Origin: Octopus sinensis
Lineage: Eukaryota
Assembly (NCBI RefSeq): GCF_006345805.1
Contig: NC_043013.1
Coordinates: forward strand, 43,152,001 to 43,216,000
DNA length: 64,000 nucleotides
Reading direction: 5' to 3'
The notes under the pieces are model-generated. The model was given only the letters and a program-made list of their open reading frames with translations, was not told where the DNA came from and searched no databases. Positions 1 to 14,300 of this stretch are shown piece after piece (within the stretch, counting starts at the first letter, position 1; the number at the start of each line of letters is the position of its first letter). The translations under genes and the position numbers were made by a program.

Positions 1-1382
1 AAAACATACGTATGTAAGTTTGTATGTATATATACATACATAGATACATACATATATATATATATATGTATATATACATACATACATACACATATATATC
101 GAATATAGTACGGTATGTGCAGAAAATGCATGTTGCGTCTATTATTTGGTTTCACCATTCTGTTATCTTATTTGAAACTTAGTATGACACCTTACACGTT
201 CTTCAGGCCTTTCTCCGCCCTAATGCAATATTACTATTATTGTTAATAATAATAATCGATAAAGGTATTATTATACACCTGACAGTTTTCCCTTAACTAC
301 GTCCCAGATTTAACTAAAGTTAACCTTGAAAAAAAAAAAAAAAAAAAAAGGAAAATGTAGTCAAGGGCAGATAATCTAGTTTGAATAGAGGTTCATTTTG
401 AAAAATCCATTAAATATATCTTTCCTTTTTTAAATTCAGTTTCAGACGTCATATTTAAATTACATCTAAAAGAGAAGGTAAAATAAACAGTTAAAAATAA
501 AGAAAGTGACATAAACAAAAACTAATCTCGAAAAGTGATAGTGTATTTTCGGGTTCCCATTCCTCAAGTATTGGCGCGTCTTCCAAATTCTCCAGTCTTT
601 AACTGTTTACTGGAATTACTGCTATTGTAGTTATCGACTGTCTTATACTTTATTTATCTCTCTACTGCTTATTCAATCAAATTTTGTAAAGGTTTCTACA
701 TTTTTCTAGTTTACATTTAATACAATTTAAAAATGAATCTAATCATTTAATGTTTATAGATATAAGAATTCTTTTCTATATTTTGGGCATTTTCCCCAGG
801 TTATATATAAATATATATAATATATATATATACACACATTATTTTCATGTGTGTACATACCCGATTCATACACATCACTCCACAAGTTTTCAAGCGACAC
901 AGATAACAATAAAAAATGTCGAAATATAAAATTTGATTACGTCAATGTTTTTCATTGAAAAAACATTTATTTTATTTTATTTATTTCTACATTTATTAAC
1001 AATATTTTAAAACATTAATTTGCAATTATTCTTTTGAGAAAATTATTTCATGTATGTATTTGGCTGCGGGATTTCTCTTCTCTTCTGTTCGGCTTAGTTT
1101 TGTTGTTGTTTTAAGTAATATTTATATCTGTGTGAAGATATAAATATATATATATATATATATTTGTATATATAAGTATATATATATAATTTATTCTTCT
1201 TAATTTATTTATAGTTTCCATTTTTTTGTTTTTCACTGAATCTCTCTCTGCATAAATCATTAGCTTAGTATTTTTGTTTCTTTTCAATTTCTCAAATTTT
1301 TTCCCCCCCACCTTACTTACACCATTTCTATCCCCCGACTCTCTGTATTTCTCCGAATTTCAACATTGTCCAGTTTCTTCAC

Positions 1383-1478
1383 ATGGATTTAGCTGACCGA
1401 GATGTTGAAGGGAAACGTTTAAGATGTGAAAACGCATCAGAAGAATCGAGTAGAAAGAACAACGGAGTTTGCGAGAAG
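1383..1478 (+). CDS. SAFB-like exon 1 (MDLADRDVEGKRLRCENASEESSRKNNGVCEK), phase 0 end
   Basis: ATG at 1383 in non-repeat sequence; strong donor AAG|GTAAGT at 1478/1479. Confidence 0.7.
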
Positions 1479-1804
1479 GTAAGTAAAAACAGCCCATTGG
1501 ACGGACCTTCTTCGTTTTCTCTGGAATCGAAAACAGCGGGGAGGTCTGAGGGTTTTCAAAAGAAATTTACTTGGTGGTTTGTACGTCACTTGTTTGCTTA
1601 TGAAAAACTCACATATACTCACAATTCGAATCAGTTTAGGTAAAAAACATTTACGAAAGAATGTATGCTACACGTCATGAATATTTACACTTATAGATAA
1701 ATAAAAAGGTGTATACACACAAATAGATGAGGAACGTCCCCATTTTACACACAAGATTACACTATGTTATTTATATGTGTGTGTAGAGCATTTCAGTAGG
1801 TATG

Positions 1805-1847
<43 letters not shown>

Positions 1848-2086
1848 GTGTATATATGTATATAAATGTATATATCGATGTGTATATGGTTAAATTCATA
1901 TCTTTCTATAGCGATGTGCATAACTACATAGGTATGCATGTGTTTTGTGTGAGTGTATACACATGCATATATATATATATATATATGTATATACACACAC
2001 ACACATATATATATATATACATGAGTTTATGTGTGTGCGTGTGTTTATATATATATATATATATGTATGTATCTGTATTTGTACAC

Positions 2087-2124
<38 letters not shown>

Positions 2125-2320
2125 GTGTGTGTGTATCTAAGCACACGTGTATGTATATACATACATATATATCGGCGAAGTTATGATGTAAGCATTTACT
2201 AAAACCCCTCATAACTTTTTATTTTTACGAATTTTCACAATTTTTTTTTTGATTCTGTCTTCTGCAGATCAGAATTAATACGATAAGCAAAAAAAAAATC
2301 TGCCTATGTATCTGTATATG

Positions 2321-2368
<48 letters not shown>

Positions 2369-3132
2369 ATCACTTTGACCGACCAGTCCGTCAGGCGTCC
2401 ATTTGACACTGCTGGTCACAGCATGCTGTCCACTCCTCTCTGGATCGCGCCTTTCTCATCCACGTGACCCCAATCGTCCCCCTGAAATCGCAACTCCACC
2501 GTCGTGGAGGTCTTCCGGGTGATCTTTTCCGCTCACGCGGGTACCACTCGACAACTGCATGCGTCCACCGATTATCGGTGAGCCGGGCGACGTGTCCAGC
2601 CCATCTATACTTGCAGCAAGTATATATATATTTATATATATATATATATATGCATACGTTTGTGTGTGCGCATATATGTGTCCCTTTCTGTAGAAGAGCA
2701 TAGGCTCGAAACGTAAAAGACTTTTTCTTTTCCTGAGCGTTATACTTATACATCTGTTTTTGTACACACACACACACACACATATATATATATGTAGGCG
2801 GAGTTTACGAAAAAAACAAAAGACGAAGACAGGTGGTGTACAAAACAAACAGATGTATTAGTATAACGCTCAGGAATAGAAAAAGTCTTTTACGTTTCGA
2901 GCCTACGCTCTTCTACAGAAAGATACACAGAAAAAACAAGGAGAGAAAAAAATGTGTGTAGTGGCTAATACAACGGACTTCTTTCAGTTTCCGTCTGCCA
3001 AATCCGCACACAAGGCTTTGGTTGGCCCAAAGATACTTGGCCAAGGTGCCATGCAGTGGGACTGAACCTAGAACCACATTGTTGGGAAGTAAGCTTCTTA
3101 TCACACACCCATTCCTGCGCCTATATATATAT

Positions 3133-3169
<37 letters not shown>

Positions 3170-3575
3170 CATCATCATCATCATCATCGTTTAACGTCCG
3201 TTTTCTGCGCTAGCACGGGTTGGATGGTTCGACCGGGGTCTGGGAAGCCAGGGGCTGCTCCAGGCTCCAGTCTGATCTGGTAGAGTTTCTACGGCTGGAT
3301 GCCCTTCCTAACACCAACCACTCCACGAGTGTAGTGGGTGCTTTTTACGTGCCACCTGCACAGGTGCCAGGGGGGGTATATATATATTTATATATATATA
3401 TATATACATCTATTGGATATCCTTGTTGCTTATTTTGAAATTGTATGGATAATACCATACTAAATTCTGGTGCCTCAACTGTGTTTTGTACACCACCTGT
3501 CTTCGTCTTTTGTACCATATTCATCTGAATCAAAATTTTTGCGAAACTCATATATATCTATATCTATCTATCTAT

Positions 3576-3615
<40 letters not shown>

Positions 3616-5298
3616 CATGGTATACACTCACATGTACATATATATATATGCATGAATGTATATAAACATATGTATGTATGTATGTGTGTATATTATATAC
3701 CTAGTCAAGGATAAATCTCTGTACTTGGCATTTGTTGACTTGGAGAAAGCCTTTGACAGGATCCACCCCTCCCTTATCTGGTGGTCAATGCGGAAACTGG
3801 GGATAGACGAGTGGCTGATAAGAGCTGTACAAGCCCTGTACAGCGATGCTGTCAGTAAGGTGAGGGTTGGCAACAAGTATAGTGAAGAATTCCGAGTAGA
3901 AGTAGTGTTTCACCATGAATCAGTCCTCAGCCCCCTCTTATTCATTATAGTCCTCCAGGCAATAGCAGAGGAATTCAAGACAGGCTTCCCCCGGGAGTTC
4001 CTCTATGCGGATGACCTTATTCTAATAGCTGAGTCACTGCCAGAACTGGAGATGAAATTTAGAGTGTGGAAGCAAGGTCTAGAATTGAAGGGCCTTAGGG
4101 TTAAGCTAGCAAAAACCAGGGTCTTAGTAAGTAGGAAAGCTGTCAAATCACAATCCCCTTCAGGTAGATGGCCCTGCTCAATCTGTGGAAAAGGCGTGGG
4201 TAGAAACCCCATATGATGTACCTGGTGTAAGCTATGGATACATAAAAGGTGCAGCAATATAAAAGGAAGGTTAACCAGGAAAATAGTTTTTATGTGTGGC
4301 AGATGTACAGGGGCAATAAATACTGAAGATGTACATAAAACAGATTCCATCACATGCCAGGGGGAGAAATTGGAAGTAGTTAATAGCTTCCACTACCTAG
4401 GCGACCAAAAGCCTCTCACTCAGGGTGAAAGGTAGACTGTATGATGCATGTGTGCAAACAGCCATGCTTCACGGCAGTGAAACATGGGCCATGAATGCTG
4501 AGGACATGTATAGGCTTGAAAGAAATGAAGCTAGTATCATCCACTGGATGTGTAATGTCAGTGTACATACACGACAGTGTAAGTGCCGTGAGAGAAAAGT
4601 TGGGCATAAGAAGCATCAAATGTGGTGTGCAAGAGAGGCAACTGTGCTGGTATGGTCATGTGTTACATATGAATGAAGACAGCTGTGTGAGGAAGTGTCA
4701 CTCCCTAACTGTAGAAGGAACCTGTGGAAGAGGTAGACTCAGGAAGACATGGGATGTGGTGGTGAAGCATGACCTTTGAAGATTGGGCCTCACAGAGGCA
4801 TTGACAGGAGACCGGGACCTTTGGAGCTATGCTGTGATTGAGAAGAACCAGCAACTAAAGTGAGATCGCAGCCATGCATGTCCGGCCCTGTAAAGAATAC
4901 CCCTGACGTGCTGGGCGATATGATATGCTTGAGAAGATCTGTTAAGTCAAATAAAACCAATATCGTAGCTGTGGTCAATTCCCCCAGACTGGCTCCCGTA
5001 CTGGTGGAACAGAAAAAGCACCATCTGAATGTGGTTGATGCCAGGTCCGCTTGATTGTCTCCCACATAAAAAGCACCATCTGAACGTGGTCGATGCCAGG
5101 TCGGCCTGACTGGCTGTTGTGCCGGTGGCACATAAAAAGCATCTACTACACTCTCAGAGTGATTGTCATTAGGAAGGGTATCCAGCTGTAAAAACATTGC
5201 CAGATAAGATTGGAGCCTGGTACAGCTGCTGGCTCTCCTGACCTCAGTCAAACCATCCAGCCCTTGCCAGCATGGAAAATGGACATTAAACAATGCTG

Positions 5299-5387
<89 letters not shown>

Positions 5388-8300
5388 TCATCATCATCAT
5401 CATTTAATGTCCGTTTTCCATGCTAGCATGGGTTGGGCGATTTGACTGAGGTCTGGCGAACCAGATGGCTGTACCAGACTCCAATCTGATCTGGCAGAGT
5501 TTCTACAGCTGGATGTCCTTCCTAACGCCATGAATACACAACATTTATTTCAACAGGATAATTTTTAAGGTTGTGAGCCAATATAGCCTCATTGAAATTA
5601 GGTTACTTGCTGGTCCCTCTCTCTCTCTTATTATTATAGATTACTATATCTATTGGTAATACAAACTAAATTTTTCAAAACCATGATTATTTTTAATCTC
5701 TGCTCAATTTCCCATTGGTGGTAAGCGCAATATAAGATGCAATGAAGTTTTTTTGTTTGGAAAGACTGCGTCCAGTAGCTTTCTTCAGTATTTTGTTGAG
5801 TCTGTGTTTTTCACAATGTGTTATTAGCCTTAAGATGTTGCCCAAATTCCCTACACCTTCTAAAATTTCTGGCAGTGAACCTAAGCACCAGAAAAATGTT
5901 ATGACGCTCCATGAGAAGGCACAACTGCTGGGTATGTTCCGGGAAGGTAAAAGTTATGCTGCAGTTGGTCACTATTATGTTGTCAACAAAAGCATCATAC
6001 GCTACGTAAAGATGAACGAGATGGCGATCAGGACTATCGTAGCAGTAAGTTTCTGTGAAACTGCCAAAAAGATAACAATAGTGAGAAATAAGCACTTCGT
6101 CAGGATGGAATCTGCCTTGGCATTGTGGATCAGTGACTGCAAGAAGAAAAGCATCTCCCTGAGGGATAAAATCATCTGTGAGAAAGCTTGGAAATTATAC
6201 CAGCAGTTTGACAGTGGAGACAAAACAGAAGGTACTGAAGAACTGCAACCAAGACCATTGACAGCAAAGAAACCCTCATTGTTTGCTGGAAGAAGGTGTG
6301 GCCAGAGTATGTCCAGGACTACGAGGGCTTCTCACCTGAAGATATTCAGCATGAGGCTGTTAACAATGTGGTGAAACTGGCAAGGTTTTGACATCACAGA
6401 AGATGAGGTCAACGACCTCATCGATGCCCACTTTGAAACCCCGATAGACAAAGATTTGTTGGAGTTAATGAAGTTTGCCAACAAAGAGGAGGAGGAAGCG
6501 TCAGATCCAGAGGAAGAGGAGTATGAGGTGGGCCTGGCAATTGAACGTCTGTTTGAGCTTTTAAGGATAGCAAAGGAATTTCAAGGGAAGGCGGGAGCAT
6601 GGGATCCCTATATGGTTCGGTCATGCAGACGTATAAAACTCTCCTCATCACCATGAAGAAACAACGACAGCAACTTCCCCTCACAATGTTCCTCAAACCC
6701 ACCAAGAAAGCCTTGGATGAAGATATGACATCCCCTAAAACACCTGAAGAGCTTTAAATTTTCTTTGTTGTGCAGTCATTACCTTCATTATTTTCATCAT
6801 TATCGTCTTAAATCAATATCATTCATTATTGGTGAGTAACAGTACATTTTACTTTAATTTTTATTAAATTATTAAATATTATATATATATTTATAATATT
6901 TTGTTATATTTTGACATTTATAGGCATATTTATGGACCACGTTCTATATTTGCGGCTTTTCACTATTTGTGGGCGCTCTTGGAACATAACCCCTGCAAAT
7001 ACTGAGGAACTATTGTACTCTTAATAATTACAACCCATATAAATCAACAAAGTTTAGTAATAACATCACATTACCTACACATAAAAACTGTAATTGTAGA
7101 GACCCAAGTGCATGTATGTTAGACAGAGATTGTAAAAGAAAAGATGTAGTATACCAAGCAACAATCATAACACAGGATTCCTCAAAATATCATTATATTG
7201 GACGTACACAAAATTGGATAAAATCAAGAATAGCAAACCATGAATCAACATTTAGGGACCAAAGCAAAGCGAACTGTACTGTACTCTCAAAAAAAAAAAA
7301 ATGTTGATTTCATAATTCAATGGAAAATTGTAACATTTGCACCTTCTTACAAAATTAACAATAAATTCTGTAGTTTATGCCTAGAAGAAAACTATGTGTT
7401 CAATACACTGTAACAAAACTTAAATTTTTTTTTTGTCTTTAGTCAGTAAGTGTTATTTCTTAATTGCCTCTATCTAGAAATCAAAGGAAGTGACTGCTAT
7501 TCCCTTCAGATTTTGCTTTTGTGACCTGGACATCAGTATTTTGAAACTGACCTATTTTTCATTACATTTCAGATAGATTCGATACTGAGTTGCTGAAGCA
7601 GAGATATCATTATAGCAAATATTCTGCTCAATAGCACAGATTTGCTTGTCAGTTGCTTGACCTTATCCACTTGAACATGTCCCTTAGTTACATTATTTAC
7701 ATTTGACGGATATTTATCCTCATTTTGTTTGTTGTTAACAAACAAACAAGACGAGGACAAATATCCGTCAAATGTAAATAATATACATAATTCCTCATCT
7801 CTTAAATATAGAACTGTATTATGTCCCTTAGTGGCTGACAATATGTGCATCTCTGATCACGAGCAGGAGTAGTGGGGGAGCATCATAGCCATATGTTGGG
7901 AGGGATTCTTAGGGGTTTGAATAAGTTTTACAAAAGCAAAGTTTGAAGGAAATATTAACCATATTTGATTCTTTCTAGGGCTAAGCAAATAGGAAATAAC
8001 AGTTACTATCCAAGGGCAAAAATTGTGTTACACAGTGTAATGAATTAAATGTAATTAGTAACAGGTATGGACTTACAAACATCACAAATCACAAGTAACA
8101 AAGAAAAAAAATGTTTTTTCCCCTGACCTTTTTAAATATGGAATCTATAGGTAAACTGAGTTAATCCCTTTAGAAACAACATTCCCAGGTATTCATGAGT
8201 GTTTTGGTTAAAAAAAAAAAAGAAATGAAAATAAATTAGAGCAATTAAGCAACAAGTTTATACTGAACATCCAGGAGATTACACTCAGGTGGTGGCTTTG

Positions 8301-11300
8301 GTAGACTTATCAACAAATGCCTGTTGTTAGTCAATCGTGTCTCTTTACATTCTGAATTCAAATCCCACTGGAGTCGACATTGTCTGTTATCCTTCTGGGG
8401 TTGATAAAATTAAAAGCATCAGCCAAGTACTAGGGTTGGTCTTTTACTTGAACAGGGCACCTCAGATGGGAATGGAATTATAATATTCATTGTCACCAAG
8501 GCAGTGAGATGGCAGAATCATTAGCATGCTAGGCAAAATGCTTAGTGGCATTTCATTCATCTTAACAATCTGAGTTCAAATTCTGCTGAAGTCGACTTTG
8601 CCTTTCATCCTTTTGGAGTCAATAAAATAAGTACCAGTTGAGCACTGGGGTCGACGTAATTGATTTTCCCCCTCCACCAAAACTGCTGGCCTCTTACCAA
8701 AATTTGAAAGCAATATTTATTGTCACCCGTGTTTTATGTCTGCTTTTCGACGCTGGGTTGGGTTGACAGTTTTTCTGAAACAGTGTTTTATGATCAGGTG
8801 CTTATCTTATTAGCAATCCTTCTTATAACATAAAAACACCCTTCTTACAACATGTAGCATATCTCTTCTAAAACTGGGATACAGTATACATGAATGGAAT
8901 TGTAATAGAAGACAAGTATTTACAACAGTGGAAGCAAACCTGCTACTTACATACATTTCAACATGCATGTCTGTGTTTTGTGAAACCCGTTATTTTATTA
9001 TTAATTCTACCTCCTATATTAACTCTACTTGCAATATCCACATCCTCAGTATAATAGAACTTAACTTTTACTTCCGTTGAAGTAATCTGTAATCTTCACT
9101 TCATAGCTTTTCATACCATTTTGTGTTCCTGTCAGTCTGTTTGGGTCTAATGCATATATTATTAGGCTTGAGCAGATGTTTTTGTGCATGTCTGTGGGAT
9201 GGGGTAGGAGGCACATATCAGCTGAAGATTTTCAAGAAAGCCTTTTTCTCTCTTCTTCCCCAGAGCAAATGGGGGCTCCTTTGGTAAAGAATTGTTTTGT
9301 TATAAATAGTTCTACGTAGGGCTTTTATTCTAATGTATGACTTGTAAGTACATCATACATACCATATGTACACACACACACACACACACACCTGTGACTC
9401 GTATGTAAATCCTATATTTAGCACTGAGTATTAAAACACTTGATGGGCAGTGTGAAATTGGAGTTCACATCTCGTCTTGGCCTGTTATCTTTTGACATGA
9501 GATCTACATCTCACATCTGGCATGGACCTATAACCAGCTTTGCGTGAGCCTGCATATTGCTAACCTACAGTCTTCAGTGTATTTCTTGATTACCCTTAAC
9601 TCTTCCTTTCTCCCTTCTGCCAATGTCCATTGTGGAGGCACAATGGCCCAGTGGTTAGGGCAGCAGACTCGCGGTTTCGATTCCCAGACCGGGCATTGTG
9701 AGTGTTTATTGAGTGAAAACACCTAAAAAAAAGCTCAACGAGGCTCCGGCAGGGTATGGTGGTGATCCCTGCTGTACTCTTTCACCACAACTTTCTCTCA
9801 CTCTTACTTCCTTTTTCTGTTGTACCTGTATTTCAAGGGGCCGGCCTTGTCACTCTCTGTGTCACGCTGAATATCCCCGAGAACTACGTTAAGGGTGCAC
9901 GTGTCTGTGGAGTGCTCAGCCACTTACACGTTAATTTCACGAGCAGGCTGTTCCGTTGATTCGGATCAACCGGAACCCCTCATCGTCGTAACCGATGGAG
10001 TGCTTCCATCCATCCAATGTCCATTGTTTTCAAAAATGTATATTTCTCACTCTAAATCTATCACTGGTCTGTCTTAATTAACTTTAATCAAAGTTAACTT
10101 CAATTAAATTACAGATATTAAATAAACAAAAAATAACAATTAGATTTTTGATTCTTCTTTATCCTTACAGATTCCTTTAGAGGAAGAAAACCATAGTGGA
10201 ATTGACAATTTGCAGATTTCAGGTAATTATAGAAACTTTTGTCACTCGATTTGCTAAACTGGCGAGTATTGGCTTGTTTACTTCACTAACAGATATCATT
10301 ATCATTTTCACATCCACTGTTCCATGCTTGTATGGGTCTGATGGAATTTGTTGAGATAGATTTTCTATGGCTGAATGCATTTCCTATCACCTGTTTTACA
10401 ATCAAGGTAGTATTTTCCCATAATTGGAACTATTACCTTTCTTGGAAGATTGGAAGGAGCAACACCACTTCTATGATGGTGATGCTCATTTACAACTTAG
10501 ATTTGATGTCAAGACATCACCCCTTCACACACACACACACACACACACACAATGTCCTTCTTTGATCAGACTTTGATAAGACTTTGATCAGTCTAGAGCT
10601 ATAGTAGAAGACACCTGCCCCCAAGATGCAATGCAGTGGAACTGAACCTGAAACCATGTGGCTGGGAAGCAAAATGTGAGCGGTCCTCTAAATGTCATGG
10701 TCAATGTTCTTCTTCAGCCTTTGACTAACCTCACAAGTCAACCCTTTAGCATTTAAACTGGTCATATATCCAGCTCAAATATTCTGTTTTATGTTAAAAC
10801 TAACCACATCTAGCCTCTCACACCTACCCTACAATGCCTTGCTAAAAATAGTCACATTATTGAAATCTCAAAGCTTTGTGATTATTCATGATTAATTCAA
10901 AACAATGGGAATAAATAAGCATTACATTAGACAGAATAATCTGAATGCTAAAGGGTAAAAGGGGCCATATTCAGCCCTTTAACCAGGGTGTGGAATGTCT
11001 GGATAATTGATGGCATAGTACTTTCTCTTTTGTATATCAGGTGCAGACATAAGTATATATGAAGTTTGCTTTACAACCATTTGATTTGGGGTTTCTTCCT
11101 GTTACACGGCACCTTGAGCAAGTTTCTTCTGCTATAACCTTTGGCAGATCAGTACCTTGTGGGTGAAATTTATTTCGCTGGCAGAAATAAATTGAAGCTC
11201 TGTGCATGTGTGCTTGTGCACACATGCACACACATGCACAGGTTAACAGAGAAAGAGCATTTGTATGTGGCAGATGTGCAGGAACAGTAGACTTAGATTT

Positions 11301-14300
11301 TCTTAGGTATTCAGGAGGATCCCTAGATGTTGTAGATCAGTGTTTCTCAACAATTCTTTTATTTATGGACCCCTTTGATTTTTGTTTTGCTTTGGTTAAC
11401 CCTCATAACCATTCAGTGTTTAAAAAATCCTATTATATTTTTATAAGTAAATAGTTAGCAGTTGCATAAAAATAATTGTTAAAATATTTTGTGCATTATA
11501 GATATATAACAAATTTCATCATCATCATCGTTTAACGTCCGTTCTCCATGCTAGCATGGGTTGGACGGTTCGACTGGGGATCTGGGAAGCCACAAGGCTG
11601 CACCAGGCTCCGGTCTTATCTGGCAATGTTTCTACAGCTGGATGCCCTTCCTAACACCAACCACTCCGTGAGTGTAGTGGGTGCTTTTTACGTGCCACCT
11701 GCACTGGAGCCAGGCGAGGCTGGCATCGGCCACGGTCGGATTGGTGCATTTTACGTGCCACCTGCACGGAAGCCAGTCAAGGCGGCACTGGCTTCGGCCA
11801 CGATTCGGATGGTGCTTTTTACATGCCACCGACACAAATTTATTGATGGTAAATTTTAATAACAAAATCTTATATGGACCCTGGTTGAGAACCGCTGTTG
11901 TAGTTAGTTTATGTTACCTAGGTGACCAAATTAGCAGTGGAGGGAAATATTCTGAAAATATAGTTGCAAGAATAAAAATAAGATGGAGGAAGTCCAGAGA
12001 GCTATTACATCTGTTGGTAACAGAAGACCTCTTTCTCAGATTGTATGATGCTTGTTTATAAATGTCTATGTTCTGTGGTAGTGATACGTGGGCCCTGAAT
12101 GCAAGAGACTTGTGAAGACCTGCAGAGAGAAATGAATTTAGTATGCTCTGATGGATGGGCAACATCAGGGTGTAAGTTTGACAAAGTGGAAATGTGTTGA
12201 GAAAGTTAGGCATAAGAGGAATCAGATGTTTGCAAGAGAGAAGACTATAATGGTTTGGTCATGTGATGTGTATGGATGAGGACAGCATGTGTGAATGTGT
12301 ATACATTTGTGTTTCCTTGTTTGGATAATGCATGATAGTTGTAAATGTGTGTCACTACTATATAAGCCATGTCATTCACTTCCAACATTCTGCATGTCAT
12401 TGTCAGTGCCGCTGGACTGGCTCCTGTGCCGGTGGCACATAAAAAACACCATTTGAGTGTGGCTGTTGACAGTACCATCTGACTGGCCCTCGTGCCAGTG
12501 GCACGTAAAAGCACCCACTACACTCTCGGAGTGGTTGGCGTTAGGAAGGGCATCCAGCTGTAGAAACTCTGCCAGATCAGATTGGAGCCTGGTGCAGCCA
12601 TCTGGCTCGCCAGTCCTCAGTCAAGCCATCCAACCCATGCCAGCATGGAAAGTGGATGTTAAATGATGATGATAATGATGCCTGGCCATGGGTAAATATT
12701 ACCTTACTTGGAAAGAGGTCAGGGCTAGCAACAGGAAGAGTATCTGGCCATTGAAAATCTACCTCAATACACTGCCTGACCTGTGCAAACATGGACAAGT
12801 AGACATTAATAGGGAACCATCATAATGATGATATGTATGTATATATCTATATGAGGGTGCATGGTCTAGTGGTTAGAGTGTTGCACTCATGCTTCTGAGG
12901 TCATGGTTTCAATTCCTGGACTGAGTGGTGTGTTGTGTTCTTGAGCAAAACACTTCATCCCAGATTGCTCTGTGCTCATTTCAACACCTGGTGTGTGGTA
13001 CACCATGCCTCTGTTTAGCCAACATTGATTTGCTGGAGGGAGTGAGCTAATGTACAGCACATACATTCGATCAATATAAACCAGTCATTTGTGCAGGTTG
13101 TTCAGCAAGAAATTGCACAGCTGTCTTTCTCAGACTACGAGAGACCACCATCATCTATCTGTGTCTGTCTGTCTGTCTGTCTATAATATGTGCATCATCA
13201 TCATCATTATCATTTAACATCTGTTTTCCGTGCTGGCATGGGTTGGAGAGTTAGACCACAGCTGACAAGCTGGGGAGCTGCACCGGACTCCAGTTTGATT
13301 TGGCTTGCTGTTTTTACCTGGCACTACATGGGTACTTTAATGTGAACCAAACACTATGTAGTTGCTCCATATGTTAGAAATAGCAGCCAAAATTTCCTTC
13401 AGAACACATACTACCATCTTAAATAGAAAAAAAACACATTAGATAATGTAGTTGTGGGGAGATTATGACCAGAATGCCTTCGATTGTAGGTTTAAAACAC
13501 TCGGGGATCAATAGCAGCTGCAGCAGCAGCAATATCAAAAACTAACCAACGAAAGACCCTCTTACTCAGTTTTTTGACCTGCTAGAAATAGCTGCCAAAT
13601 CGCTCTTCAGGTCATACACTACCATCTTAAATAACAAGAAGATACATTAGAATAATGTAATTCCGGAAGATAATGACTGGAATGCCTATTATTGACTTGG
13701 AGATCTACAACAACAATAGCACAGCATCACCAAAAACTAACCAGCAACATAGGTCTCTTACATAGTTTTTCAACCTGATAGAAATAGCAGCCAAATCTTA
13801 AAATCACAGCTCTCCAACCATCTTATAAAAGAAAAGGCATATTGGATACACAAAAGAGATGGTGGTCATGGGTGGAGTGCTTTTTGTCATAGGTCTGTGT
13901 GATCAGAGTTGACCTGGAGATAAATGTCAACACCAGTAATAACACTGGTCAACACAATTAAATCTATTATACTCATTATGAATGCCAACCCAACTTTTTT
14001 AGATTATTTTTTTCATGCTGATTTCAAAATTTCACTCCATTTGTATGCAGCGTATATCAATATTTGCATATTTGTATATATGAAATCATTAATGTAATAA
14101 TTAAGGACATATCATTTTTAGAAAGTAAATGAGTTTATTGAGTTAAAAATCCTCATTATCATTCTACAAAGAGTGAATACACAAAAAAATGGGATGGACA
14201 AAACAGACAAAGTTAGAACAACAAAGTTAGAAACATTGAGATTTGGATTTCCTGCGGTGTTCCTAATCTGGTTGATCATGGTAAAGTATCCATCAGTAGT

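Noticed and set aside
560-1100. Promoter with an E2F-like TTGGCGCG at 571
   Set aside because: The position is plausible, but a short motif alone cannot be supported without TSS data.
1793-2202. YIYI/CVCV ORFs here and at 47569-47955 and 63591-63993
   Set aside because: They are dinucleotide microsatellite artefacts.
5742-6374. 210-aa ORF as a domesticated TIGD/CENP-B gene
   Set aside because: The DDE domain is deleted, the ORF is frameshifted and a terminal repeat remains, so it is a transposon relic.
9634-9700. tRNA gene
   Set aside because: Box A and B are present, but there is no full cloverleaf, and it continues into a SINE body with TSDs.
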